Translations under genes and position numbers: made by a program
The notes under the pieces: generated by a model
Database searches by the model: none
The model's input: the letters and a program-made list of their open reading frames with translations, nothing else
Told to the model about the DNA's origin: nothing
In this document: in pieces, positions 39,426-51,660 of the stretch
Layout: every line of letters begins with the position of its first letter
Numbering within the stretch: position 1 is the first letter of the stretch
Assembly (NCBI GenBank): GCA_951406725.2
Contig: OX597823.1
Location: forward strand, 3,658,001 to 3,722,000
Length of the DNA stretch: 64,000 nt
Direction of reading: 5' to 3'
DNA from: Octopus vulgaris
Lineage: Eukaryota

Positions 39426-40287
39426 ACACCAGGCAACTTTCCAGAGGCTCTAACAATTTTGTAAAATGACACTGGTAGAATATGTACCAGAGTTAAAATA
39501 AATACTGGTGTCAATTTGCTTGACTAAACCTTTCGAGGTGGGACCCAGCCTGGCTGTGGTCCAATGAATGGAACAAGCAAGAGAATAGAAGATTATAGGA
39601 ATAAAAGAATTAACCACATAAAATATTAAGAAGAAAGTCTGGTAATTCACTGGCATTCAAAATGAAGTCCTGTGTTTCTTTGAGACAGAATACTGCAGCT
39701 TGTGCCATTCCATGTTTGTATATTCATTATGGGCAGTATTTCAATTTAAAGCTGTTTCAAATACATGCATTAATTTAATTATAGTCTCGCCAGCTTTTTC
39801 ACAAATCAGTAAATGTTCTGTTTACTGATTTCTATACTGGAGCAAGCACTTTTGACTTGGTTCAGAACATCCAAGGTATTTATCACTGAGGAGATTAAAT
39901 CAAGTTGAAACACCAGTGTCTGGTGACCCACCAGTGTTTTGAGCAAAGTCCCATACTTTTTGAAATACAGGTCTCTTTGATATTACAAAATATTACATAG
40001 CTAGTACCATTCAATATTTATATACAAATCCTAAATGTTATACACACCATATTATAGTCTTATAATCACAGATGTGTTTCTTCAAAATCTCATCAGTGTA
40101 ACTTCATGGATAATCAAAACCATTTATTTTGGCAAATTTGGTAACCATTTATTACTGGTATACATGTTTCCTTGATTATCCCTAGAGGGCCTGTATCAGA
40201 AAGACTACACCACTATCATCCTTTTTTACCCTTTCTTTTTACTGTTGTACACTATGTATACTTCCCATCTTTGTTTTATTGCATACT

Positions 40288-40688
40288 TTTATTCTTTTAT
40301 TTGGTTCAGTCATTTGACTGTGGCCATGCTGGAGCACCACCTTTAGTTGAACAAATCAACCCCAGTACTTATTCTTTGTAAGCCTAATACTTATTTTATC
40401 GGTCTCTTTTGCCGAACCACTAAGTTATGGGGATGTAAATACACCAGCATTGTTTGTCAAGTGATGGTGGGGGGGACAAACACAGACATACAATAATACA
40501 CACACACACACACACACATATATATGATGGGCTTCTTTCAGTTTCCGTCTACCAAATCCACTCACAAGGCTTTGGTCAGCCCGAGGCTATAGTAGAAGAC
40601 ACTTGCCCAAGGTGCAACGCAGTGGGACTGAACCCAGAACCATATGGTTGGTAAGCAAGCTACTTACCACACAGCCACTCCTGCACCT
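40288..40688 (-). mobile_element. Full-length, well-preserved SINE family A
   Basis: Minus-strand A box TGGCTGTGTGG, B box GGTTCAGTCC, then CCTTGGGCAAGTG, a central (TG)n and the 3' tgactgaaccaaataaaag end. Confidence 0.85.
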
Positions 40689-40837
40689 AACTTTCTATAT
40701 TTTTTTATCATTTCATTAAATGAACTCCCCCCTCCCCACTTTATATTCATCTTTGTATTGTCTCCCTCATCATTTGCTCTGGTGGCAAATAAGATAAATT
40801 TTCATCATTATTATCATCATCATTACTATCATTATCA

Positions 40838-41215
40838 AGGAGGCAACGTTCTGAGTTCAAATGCTGCCAAGGTTGACTTTGCCTTTCATCCTTTCAATTA
40901 AGTACTAATTGAGTACTGGGGTTAATGTGATCAACTTACCCCCTCCCCCAAAATTTCAGGCCTTGTGCCTACAGCAGAAAGGATCATTCAGGAGGCAACC
41001 TGGCAAAATCATGAGGGCATCATAGAAAAATGCTTAGCAGCATGTCTTCCAGTTCTTTACGTTCTCAACTTAAATTCTAGCAGGACCTACTTTACCTTTC
41101 GTCCTTCCAGGATCAATAAAATAAATACTAATTGAGCACGAGAGGTTGATGTAATTAACTAACCACCTCCCACTAAAAATTGCTGGCTTTGTGCCAAATT
41201 TAAAAAGAATTCATA
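40838..41215 (+). mobile_element. Two SINE family B copies
   Basis: gttctgagttcaaat...gactttgcctttcatcctttc...caggccttgtgcc. Confidence 0.7.
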
Positions 41216-41403
41216 TCATTATTATTGATGTTGTAAGAATTGTATAAACTTTCAAGACAACATAAAAATTGATTATAGATTTATGTGCGCTTTGAGATAG
41301 GTTATTCCAAAAATATCCATTTCATGTATCTTGAAAGTTTACAAAATTCTACAATTATTTCTGGTAAGAATAAAGTTTCTAAAGCAGAAAGAGACACTTG
41401 AAG

Positions 41404-41475
41404 GACTGCTTTGCTCCAATGGTAGAACAACTGATATGTCTACAGGAGATGTAGGTTCAAGTCTCACAGACAGCA
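41404..41475 (+). pseudogene. Degenerate tRNA-like sequence
   Basis: About 72 nt with D-arm-like gctccaatggtagaac and T-arm-like gtaggttcaagtctcac. The acceptor and anticodon stems pair poorly. Confidence 0.35.
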
Positions 41476-42389
41476 TTTGATTTTTCCCACCCCCAATGCT
41501 TTTCAACCTAATATTTTACATGCTATTGTTTATAACTGTATGTGTATGCTTTGAGATATACTATTCCACTATAAATTATTTTTTATTATTTCTTCTTTTT
41601 TTTCCTAAGCTTACCACATATTTTCCTGAATTTTTTTTTATCATTTTGAAAGAAGTAAAAATGAGGTGGAAAATATGGTACAATGGCATTACTGACAGGA
41701 AATAAGCTCTAAACTGAACCCAGCGGAATAAAATGACAAAGATATTATTCTGTATTTGACTGTTTAAACAGAAATGTAAATAATATCTTACCATGAACAG
41801 TAGGATAACATTATTAGTACTGGACGTTGGATCGGCTGTTGCTTTGATCTTTAATAACCCTGGCAGAACTTTCTAGGAGTGAAACATCATTTATAAATAT
41901 ATACATATATATATTACATACACACACACATACTGCTAGGTATTGGTTCCATTTTCTCTTTCTCTCATGTGTTACACACACACACACACACACATATGCA
42001 AAGATACATGCATATATATGTAATGTTCTGTACACGTGTGTCAGGCACAGACAACATGGAGGGACAAGCCCATACTAGATATTATACACTTCCTCTATAA
42101 ACAAGGGACAGCGAAACCTTTCTTTAATGAGGACAGAATAATTTTGATCTCCTTCAGCATCATGAAGGCATAATTAATATAGAAATCAAAGAAACCAACT
42201 GATTTTACATCCTCTCTGCGGAGGAACACAAACACACACTAAAAACCCTCAAATTATATATACTCCCTGATGATATCGCACGGCCTATCCCACATGTGTA
42301 AAATTTCAACATCAACCTCCCACAAAATAATTGAGCATTGAACAGCCCATATCATAGCACACACACACACACACACACATTTATATACA

Positions 42390-42437
<48 letters not shown>

Positions 42438-42467
42438 CACATATGCACACATACATGTACATACACA

Positions 42468-43170
42468 CATGGTATGATCAATAAGTATCCGGACTGTTGC
42501 CATAGTAACAAAGCTAAAGCACGAAGAGTGAAGATGCTTGGCACAGATTGACCTTGAAGTCTGCTGTGCAAGCACATTAAGTTTTGACATTCTAGCTCAC
42601 TTCTGCTGTTTACAGCTGTGCTTGGAAGGGAGGTGTGTAGTGTGTGATCATCACGTTAATCATAAAGTTGAGCAGAGAATCTGCATCAAATTTTGACAAA
42701 AGCTTGGCAATACCTGCTCAGAGGCCTACGCAAAGTTTTGAAAAAGTTTTCATCATTCTGACACTATTATGCAACTGAAACCCAAGTGTCTTTTTTGATC
42801 AGCTGAAAACAGTTTTGGCACAAACTTAGCAGACATGAGTCTGACACACAAATCTTCAGTTATGATGGACTGAACTGAACCGTAACTAATCTGCACATCC
42901 CCTGATAACTCATGGATGGTGATTTGACAATTTCCCCTTACAGCTACATGCACTGTGATATTTTTCTCAGTTCTGTTGGTTGTGCACTGCCCAAAACATT
43001 TGTCAATATCGACATTTTTTTGTCCATCTTGGAAACATCAGAAGCACTCAATACACTTCTGTGTGGCTCATACACTCCTCTCCATACACTTCCTGCAACT
43101 TTGCGTAAGCCTCTGAGCAGATATCACCATGACAACTTCTCTGTCATGGTCAACGTGACAATCACTATCT
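42468..43170. mobile_element. Mariner (DD34D-type) relic made of two converging 5' fragments
   Basis: Plus strand EQRICIKF.QKLGNTCSEAYAK (42665-42740). Minus strand SEAYAKLQEVYGEECMS...ITIHELSGDVQISYGSVQSIITEDL...SAKFVPKL (43118-42760). Confidence 0.8.
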
Positions 43171-43218
43171 CCTCTTTCTATGTTTTCTACTACCATCACT
43201 ACTATGATACGCTTTGTG

Positions 43219-43597
43219 GGGGTGCAATGGCCCAGTGGTTAGGGCATCAGACTCGCGGTTGTAGGATCATGGTTTTGATTCCCAAACCAGGTGTTGTGAG
43301 TGTTTATTGAGTGAAAACACCTAAAGCTCCATGAGGATCTGACAGGGGATGGTGGCAAACCCTGCTGCACTCTTTCACCACAACTTTCTCTCACTCTTTC
43401 TCCCTGTTTCTGTTGTACCTGTATTTGAAAGCGCCAGCCTTGTCACACACAATCTCCCCGATTGTCACACACAATCTACGTTAAGGGTACACATGTCTGT
43501 GGAGGGCTCAGCCACTTGCACATAAAATTCACGAGCAGGCTGTTCTGTTGATCGGATCAACTGGAACCCTCGTCGTTGTAACCAACGGAATACCACA
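43219..43597 (+). mobile_element. tRNA-derived SINE (family C variant)
   Basis: A box TGGCCCAGTGG, degenerate B box, and a central block shared with the 28470 and 60175 copies. Confidence 0.7.
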
Positions 43598-43983
43598 TAT
43601 GATACTCTTTGCTCATCTAAACCTCACCCCAGTCCTACCAATGTACCATTCTCTTCTCCACTTATTCACCCAAACAATGTCTCATCTCTCCATAGATTCC
43701 AGCCTGCAATTCTCCCCAAAAGCAATAATCATCTGAAATTCCCTCCTTGTTTGCATTTCTTTCTTTCTACAAACAGGTGTTTAAGATGGACAACTAATAT
43801 CTGTCTACCTGGCTTCAGAAGGTCCAGGTGTAGGCATGGCTGTGAGGTATGAAGTGTGCTTCCCAACCATGTCTCTTGGATTCAGTCCCAATGCATGGAA
43901 CTTTGGGCCAACTAAAACCTTGTGAGCGGATTTAGCAGAAGGAAGTTGAAAGAAGCCTGTTGTATATGTGTATGTATATATAC

Positions 43984-44047
<64 letters not shown>

Positions 44048-44428
44048 TGAGTCAAGTACATCAACATCAAAATAAATATCAAATGGAAATTGTAGTTGCG
44101 ATACATGTGCAGGTAGCATGTAAAAAACACCATTCGAACGTGGCCGATGCCAGTGCTGCCTTCACTGGCTTCTGTGCCAGTGGCACATAAAAAGCACCAA
44201 CCGATCATGGCCGCTGCCAGCCTCTTCTGGCACCTGTGCCTGTGGCACATAAAAAGCACCCACTACACTCACAGAGTGGTTGGCGTTAAGAAGGGCATCC
44301 AGCTGTAGAAACACTGCCAGATCAGACTGGAGCCTGGTGCAGCCTCCTGGCTTCCCAGACCCCGGTCAAACCATCCAACCTGTGCTAGCACGGAAAACGG
44401 ACGTTAAACGATGATGATGATAATGATA
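44048..44428 (+). mobile_element. RTE 3' UTR fragment with two diverged array units
   Basis: Matches 9060-9466 and is flanked by TA/TACA microsatellites. Confidence 0.85.
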
Positions 44429-44478
44429 CATACATACATACCTACATATATACACACATATATATATGTATGTATATA

Positions 44479-44768
44479 CAGTGGCAGACTGGGTCTAAAA
44501 ATATTGGTTGCCAGGAGACTAAAGGGGTCCACCTGCAACTACAATGTTAACATTTAATTTTTTTTTCATTAAAAGTATTCTTTTCACCTGTCTACAAACA
44601 CAGCCAAGCTACAATAATTAATGCATTTGTCTAGGAGTAAATAAAAAATTCTCAAATTTGAGGGTATGGGCCACTTAGATACTAACATGGGCCCTCATAT
44701 ATCAATTCTAATGGCGCAGGGGTCCACTTGCTATTGGGAAAACTGGCAACCTGGCCAGTCTGCTACTG
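44479..44768. mobile_element. hAT-type MITE
   Basis: TIRs CAGTGGCAGACTGG / CCAGTCTGCTACTG. 8-bp flanks tgtatata/agtatata. Confidence 0.75.
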
Positions 44769-44770
44769 AG

Positions 44771-44838
<68 letters not shown>

Positions 44839-45371
44839 CATATATAAGTATGTATATATATATATGTATATATATGTATGTATGTATGTATATATGTATA
44901 TATGTATGAGTGTATAAGTCTGTGCTTGTGCTTGTCACCCACCACCACTTGACAACTGGAGTTAGTTTGTTTACATCTCTGCAATATAGCAGTTCAACAA
45001 ATGAGAATGATAGAATAAGGCTTAAAAACAAATATAAGTACTGAGGTCAATTCATTTAACTAAACTTTTGAAGGCTGTGCCCCAGTATGGCCGCAGTCCA
45101 ATGACTGAAGCAAGTAAAAGAATAAAAGAATACTCCTTATTCTTTGACTAACACATACACACACACATACACACACACTCATGAACACAGACTACACAGA
45201 CACACATACACACAAACACATAGACACACACGGTTACAAAGATGCAAATACACAGACATACACACACACACACGTTGAAAGGCATACCAGTCACAACCAT
45301 CCAGTGATTTTTTTATCTAATCACAATAAATCCCAGGCTACATCAGCCAATTATGGTCAAGTGTGATTTAA

Positions 45372-45582
45372 CCCTTTCAATACCAGCCTACCTGAGACCC
45401 CCACCTGGTTCTATGATACAAACATCCTGTTTTAAAGAGATCTAAATTAAAACTTTCCACCATAATTCCATGGTCCAAACACCAACTTAATTATGTCAAA
45501 ATCATTTTACTAAATTCTTCATTATTTCCAAAACTAATTGAAAAAGGCAGGGTATTTCAACAGAAATATGGTAACAAAAGGG
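45372..45582. mobile_element. piggyBac-like MITE
   Basis: TTAA|CCCTTTCAATACC...GGTAACAAAAGGG. Same family, in opposite orientation, at 60959-61150 and 61174-61544. Confidence 0.65.
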
Positions 45583-45589
45583 TATTAAA

Positions 45590-46198
45590 TCTGTTTTTGA
45601 TTCGACGGTCATTCGGAATGCTCACAGCAGCCATATTCCTGCCACTCTATGTCACGCTGGTGAGACCCATATTGGAGTATGGGATTCAAGCCTCTTCTCC
45701 TTATCTCCTCAAAGACATACAGCACCTCGAAAGAGTCCAGAGGCTGGCTACCCGCCTGGTTCATGGTCTCAAAAATTTGTCCTACGAAGAAAGGCTGAGG
45801 ACGCTCGACCTTTATTCTCTTGAAAAACGCCGCCGCCGTGGTGATCTCATTCTCGCCCACAACATCATAAGCGGGAAGTGTAACCTCTCGAAAGAGCTGT
45901 TCTTCACTCCTGCTCCAGAGCGTCGGCTGCGGGGTCATTCCGAAAAGCTCTACCTGCGACGATTTCATCTCAATCGAAGGAGAGGAGCTTTCTCCGTCCA
46001 GGTTGCGGATCCGTGGAACAAGCTGCCAGACGAGATGGTGAAGATGCCGACGACCGCTTTGTTCAAAGCCTCCCTGGACCTCAAGTGGCCTGAACTCTTT
46101 ACATGAACACCACCCTGTACTTAACTCCATGTCCCCCTACATGGCCTTGCTATTTGCTTTTGAGCCAAATTAACTAACTAAATAACTAACTAACTAAC
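45590..46198 (+). mobile_element. 5'-truncated CR1-clade LINE 3' end with an uninterrupted ORF2 C-terminus
   Basis: LYVTLVRPILEYG...LERVQRLATR...LSYEERL..L.LYSLEKRR.RGDLI...RGH...WNKLP, followed by a short UTR and a (TAAC)n tail. Confidence 0.9.
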
Positions 46199-46875
46199 AT
46201 TTAGACTTGGGTTATCCCTGATTGAGCAGTCTAAAAATAAAAGATGCTTCAGTCACAAACATCCATGTATATCTAGGACAACACAATTCAACGTCTCCTT
46301 CCTTTCTTATTTTTCTTTTAAATAATTTGCTGTAATGTGAAAGAGATTTGGCAGCTTTTTTCATCATGTCAAACAACTGAGAACAGGTTTTCTCTTTAAC
46401 CTTTTAGCATTCAGATTACTCTGTCAAATGTAACGCTTACTTATTCTCATCATTTAAAATTAATCAGGCATTATCTCTTTGCAATTTCGATGATATAACT
46501 CTTTTACTCTTGAAGTGTAGCCCTAGGTCCTACTTGATTCAGCAGAATAAAAATCAACACCCAGAAATTTTAGAGATATGTAGAACTACATGGAGGACTG
46601 GTTGATGTTTCTAGCAGCATGACCGACCACCTAGAAGCTGGGCCCATTCAGGAAATTTAAAATGGCTTCCAAACTGATCCTTAATTGAGATGTCAGCTTC
46701 CCTGCCTCACTCAACAACAAAGGGGCCACACCTAGAGTATTAATCAATTGAATTGGGGTAGGTAGGAAACCTAGACAAAACAAACCACAAACTCTTCACC
46801 CATCACCTGGCAACTAAACAACAACAACACAAGAAAAAGTAGACTGTTATCTATTAGATGCCATCTTTGTTTTCC

Positions 46876-46907
<32 letters not shown>

Positions 46908-47100
46908 ATGTGCAGATATGTGTATAAACAAAGATATATCCGTGTATGTATGAGTATATATGTGAGTGTATGTATATATATATATGTGTGTGTGTGTGTA
47001 TACACACACACACACACATATATGCATATATGTTAAATAAAATGAGACAACAAAGCCAAGGCCGTATGGAATTTTCGGGAAATTTATAAAGAGAAGGTTA

Positions 47101-47148
47101 GTCTTACTGCTGTTTCTGGGACATTAGGGATATCCCTTCATCAGAGAC
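47101..47148 (-). ncRNA. Minimal type-I hammerhead ribozyme with a canonical core
   Basis: Minus strand GUCU-CUGAUGA-A-GGGAUA-UCCCUAA-UGUCCC-A-GAAA-C-AGCA-G-UA-AGAC. Confidence 0.7.
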
Positions 47149-47456
47149 GATGTGAGATGGTTAACTAGAGGGAAATATTAGAGTTCAATATGAGGAGTTA
47201 TTTGGAAAAGGAAGGAAATAAGGAGTATACAGGGAAATAGGAGAATGACTGCAGAAATAAAAATAAAAAGGTATAAAGATGTTATAGATGCAGTTCCATT
47301 ATCCAAAGAAAGTGGTTTTTAGAATTGGTAGAAATGCTTCTTGTCTGTGGTGTGTAAATTCCAATAGGAGTGGAGACGTAGATTCCATGTGCTCTTCATT
47401 CAAAGGGATCTTGTGGTGGGTAAAAATACATATCATCATCATCATATATACATATA

Positions 47457-47720
47457 ATCATCATCATCAACATCATTTAACATCTGTTTTCCATGCTGGC
47501 ATGGGTTGGACAGTTCAACCAGAGTCTGGGAAGCCAGGAGGCTGCACCAGGCTCCAGTCTGATCTGGCAGTGTTTCTACAGCTGGATGCCCTTCCTAACA
47601 CCAACCACTGCCAGATCAGGCTGGAGCCTGGTGCAGCCTCCTAGCTTCCCAGACCCCGGTTGAACCATCCAACCCATGCTACCATGGAAAATGGACGTTA
47701 AACAATGATGATGATGATGA
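47457..47720. mobile_element. Head-to-head pair of RTE tails forming a fold-back
   Basis: 47457-47572 is the reverse complement of about 47606-47720. Confidence 0.85.
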
Positions 47721-47751
47721 TATATATATGATATATATATATATATATATG

Positions 47752-48150
47752 CCAACCCCCTTTGCTTGTGAAGACATGTTGGGGCAAGCGAAATCGAAAT
47801 CGAATTGAACCAGCCAGGATCCCTGGTCTGGTGGTACGTAAAAAGCACTATCCGACTCGTGGCCGATGCCAGCACCGCCTCGACTGGCTTCCGTGCCGGT
47901 GGCACATAAAATACACCAATCTGACCGTGGCCGTTGCCAGCCTCGCCTGGCACCTGTGCAGGTGGCACGTAAAAAGCACCCACTACACTCACGGAGTGGT
48001 TGGCGTTAGGAAGGGCATCCAGCTGTAGAAACATTGCCAGATTAGACTGGAGCCTGGTGCAGCCTTCTGGCTTCCCAGAACCCCGGCCGAACCGTCCAAC
48101 CCATGCTAGCATGGAGAACGGACGTTAAACGATGATGATGATGATGATGA
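47752..48150 (+). mobile_element. RTE 3' UTR fragment
   Basis: cttgtgaagac..., two array units, then the tail and (GAT)n. Confidence 0.85.
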
Positions 48151-48479
48151 TATATAATGCTCTTAGCTTAGACTATTTTGGGGACAACCATCTCAAGTGT
48201 AACTGCCTGAAACAGTAGTGACTTCTGGTACTTGACTGATGAAATAAAGTCAAGAGTGACCCGTCTTTTTTGCCTTTACTTCTAATTATTGTTTCCCTTG
48301 TCCGCCTTTGTATCATCTAATTGTTCGTACATTTTAATGCCCTCTACTGCGTTTCTGCTCCATTTATATATATATATAAATGTATATATTTTCTTTAGTC
48401 ATTGATTGCATGGTAATCGCTATAAGCTTTAAGCTTATAAAATACTATTACTATTATTTACAGATATATATATATTTTT

Positions 48480-48749
48480 GTGACCCCCTTCGGTCACGAC
48501 ACTGACCATGGGATTGCACCTAGAAAGTTACCCTCCTAGTCACAAGTCTGGGCATGGTTGTTTATGGAAGACCAGCAGTCGCCCATGCATACCGGCCTCC
48601 CCTCTCCACGCAACTCATTTCTACAGCTGAGTGAACTGGAGCAACGTGAAATAAAGTGTCTTGCTCAAGAACACAACACGCAGCCCGGTCCGGGATTCGA
48701 GCTCACAACCTCACGATCGTAAGCTCGACGCTCTAACCACTGAGCCATA
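48480..48749 (-). mobile_element. Well-preserved tRNA-derived SINE with a distinct 3' tail
   Basis: A box TGGCTCAGTGG and B-box-like GCTCGAATCC. Central gttcttgagcaagacact block is shared with family C. The roughly 130-bp tail is unique in the window. Confidence 0.75.
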
Positions 48750-49275
48750 TATATATAGATTTCTTTCTTTATTTGTTTATATACATTCTGCACACACAAA
48801 CATATAAAAACACACATATATAAGACCATACACATTCTTCTTATACGCACACACACACAAATTCCTTGTCTCTTTTTGCTTTCTTATTTCTAGAAGTGTA
48901 GGAAGGCCAAATTGGTGAAAGAACTGCGCATGCGCACACTTTCACACACACACACACACACACACCATGCCAATGTGACTGATGCCGCCACCACCACCAC
49001 CACCACCACCAATATATGGCCACATTAGCAAAAACAAATAATTCTTGCCACTAATTCATTTAAACCAGACATCGTTTAACCGCTGTTCCACCCCTCTCAC
49101 TAACTTTTAATTATCCCTTTTTTTAAAAAATAAACATGGCCTTGGTTTTCTAATCTAGAACATCTGTCAAAAAAAGAAAAAAAAACTGATAAACGTTAAG
49201 GGATCTACAGCTGCATTGTGCAGCACATTTGGTTTGCGTATTTAAATATATTTCATTTGCATTTGGAATATATAA

Positions 49276-49311
<36 letters not shown>

Positions 49312-49588
49312 CTTTATGAATTACTCTTTCATTTGTAATAAATATATAAGTCATTTAAAAAGCACAGTAAACTGAAACAAACGGTATATCAAAGTAAGGG
49401 AAATAAAAAAAAGCAGAATTGCAAATGTAAGTGATGTGTGTGTGTGTGTGTGTGTGTGTGAACAAAAACAACAGCACCTGAAATATTCTAACACAAGTGT
49501 CTTACTTCAAAAAGTTTTTTGAATTTTAAATAAATGAATAGAAATAAATTAGAACAAATTTTAAATTAATTTTCCCTCTCTCCCTCTT

Positions 49589-49619
<31 letters not shown>

Positions 49620-50031
49620 TGTTTTTCTTAGACACTGAATCGATGATATTCAAAACAGAAATGTATATACATACACACATATATATATCATCATCATCAT
49701 CATCATCGTTTAATATCCTCCTTCCATGCTGGCATGGGTTGGACAGTTTGACGGGACCTGGCCAGGCTTGAACCTGCATCAGACTTCTGTGTCTGTTTTG
49801 GCATGGCTTTTACAGCTGGATGCCCTTCCTAACACCAACCACCATCCATTTTACAAGCTAACATGGGTTGGTCAGTATGACAGGAGCTGACCAGTTGGGG
49901 AGTTGTCCAGACTGCAATTGTCTGCTGTAGAATGGTTTCTATGGTAACCAGCCATAGAAACCATGCTACATATATATCATGTGTGTATGCACAGATGTAT
50001 GTATGTGCATGTGTGTATGTATGTGTGTGTA

Positions 50032-50089
<58 letters not shown>

Positions 50090-50479
50090 TGTATAAGCAT
50101 TAAAAAAGTTATGTAGGAGCTTTAAAAAAATCCACACAAAAATGAAAAACTTGCCAAATTACTTTGCCATGAAGAAGAGAAGTGTAAGGTTTCGAGCAGA
50201 GCCCTTTCTGGAAGGGAGATTAAACGTAAACATTGGTAAACATTTCATCTCAACGAAGGGTTCTGTGAGAAATGTTAAACCTCTCCTCTTTCTCTTAGTA
50301 AAATGATTTATTTTGTTTGCACAGTTTTTTTTTATATGATTTATTGACAGACACCATCACAGAGTTCCTTGGTTTCTATTCCATTCCAAAATGGTTTGAT
50401 ATTAGTTTGCGTCTGGTTAAGCAGAAAGACTATACAATGTGCATGCGTGCAATTATCATTATTTAAATACTTCAAACGA

Positions 50480-50893
50480 TGTGTATGGATGAGGACATCT
50501 GTGTAAAGAAACCTCTAATTGTGGAGGGGACCTATGGAAAGGGTTGATCCAGGAAGACATGGGACAAAGTGGGTGAGAAAGGGTCTTTGGACAATGGGCC
50601 TCACTGGGGAAATGACAAGGGACCAAGAGTTGTGGTGATTTGCTGTAGTTGAGAAGATGTGCCAAGCTAAGTAAAATTTCATACATGCCATGTGTCATCT
50701 AAAATGGTGGTGCACAATATGCACATTGAAAACACCCAGCAGGCTGTGTTAAGTGGCTGGTGTTAGGAAGGGCATCCAGCTGTAGAAACCATTCCAGACA
50801 ACTGGAGCCTGGACAGCTCCACAGCTGGCTAGCTCTTGTCAAACTGTCCAACCCATGCTAGCATGGAAAATGGACATTAAATGATGAAGATGA
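50480..50893 (+). mobile_element. Old RTE 3' end
   Basis: Decayed MDED.CVKK..VEGT.GKG..RKTWD remnant followed by the RTE tail. Confidence 0.7.
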
Positions 50894-50897
50894 TCTC

Positions 50898-50950
<53 letters not shown>

Positions 50951-51321
50951 CACACACATGCATGCACATGAATACACACACACACACACTGACCATCTTC
51001 ACACACTCTTCTCCCAAGAATCCACTTGCTCTTTGTCTTTCCACTTCCGGTCACTTTAGAAATGTAGCCACATGTGGACAGTTGGTGATTTTTTCCTTTC
51101 TCCTTCTTCTCTGGATTTTTCCCTTTCTCCTTTCCAACAAAGAGCCTTGCTCGAAACATTAAAAACTCTCTCCTTTCACCAAGCGTGAAACTAATATAAT
51201 TCTTGTGTATGTCCTCACGTTCGTTGTCTTTTCTTCTTTTTGCTTTTTTTTTATTTTTTGAATTTTGTTCATTCAATTGACTATACATGACATATATATA
51301 GTTGTAATAATGAAGTCAAAC

Positions 51322-51660
51322 CATCATCATCATCACCATCGTTTAACATCCATTTTCGATGCTGGCATGGGTTGGATGGCTTGACGGAGGACTAGCAAGT
51401 CAGGGAGCTGCACACGGCTCCAGTCTGATCTGGCAAGGCTTCTACAGCTGGATGCCCTTCATAACACCAACCACTCCGAGAATATAGTGAGTGATTTTTA
51501 CGTGCCACTGGCACGGGAGCCAGTCAGGCTGCAGTGGCACTGACCACGTTCGGATGGTGCTTTTTTCATGCCACCAGCACAGGAGCCAATCAGGGGGCAC
51601 TGGCATCGACCACGTTAGGATGGTGCTTTTTACATGCCGTCAGTATGGGGATCCAATCAG
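51322..51660 (-). mobile_element. RTE 3' tail with array units
   Basis: (CAT)n, the tail and two diverged units. Confidence 0.8.

Noticed and set aside
39640-40170. Non-repetitive-looking stretch considered as an exon or transposase relic (also 12640-12900 and 34950-35350)
   Set aside because: No sustained reading frame or recognisable motif by eye. BLASTX would be needed.
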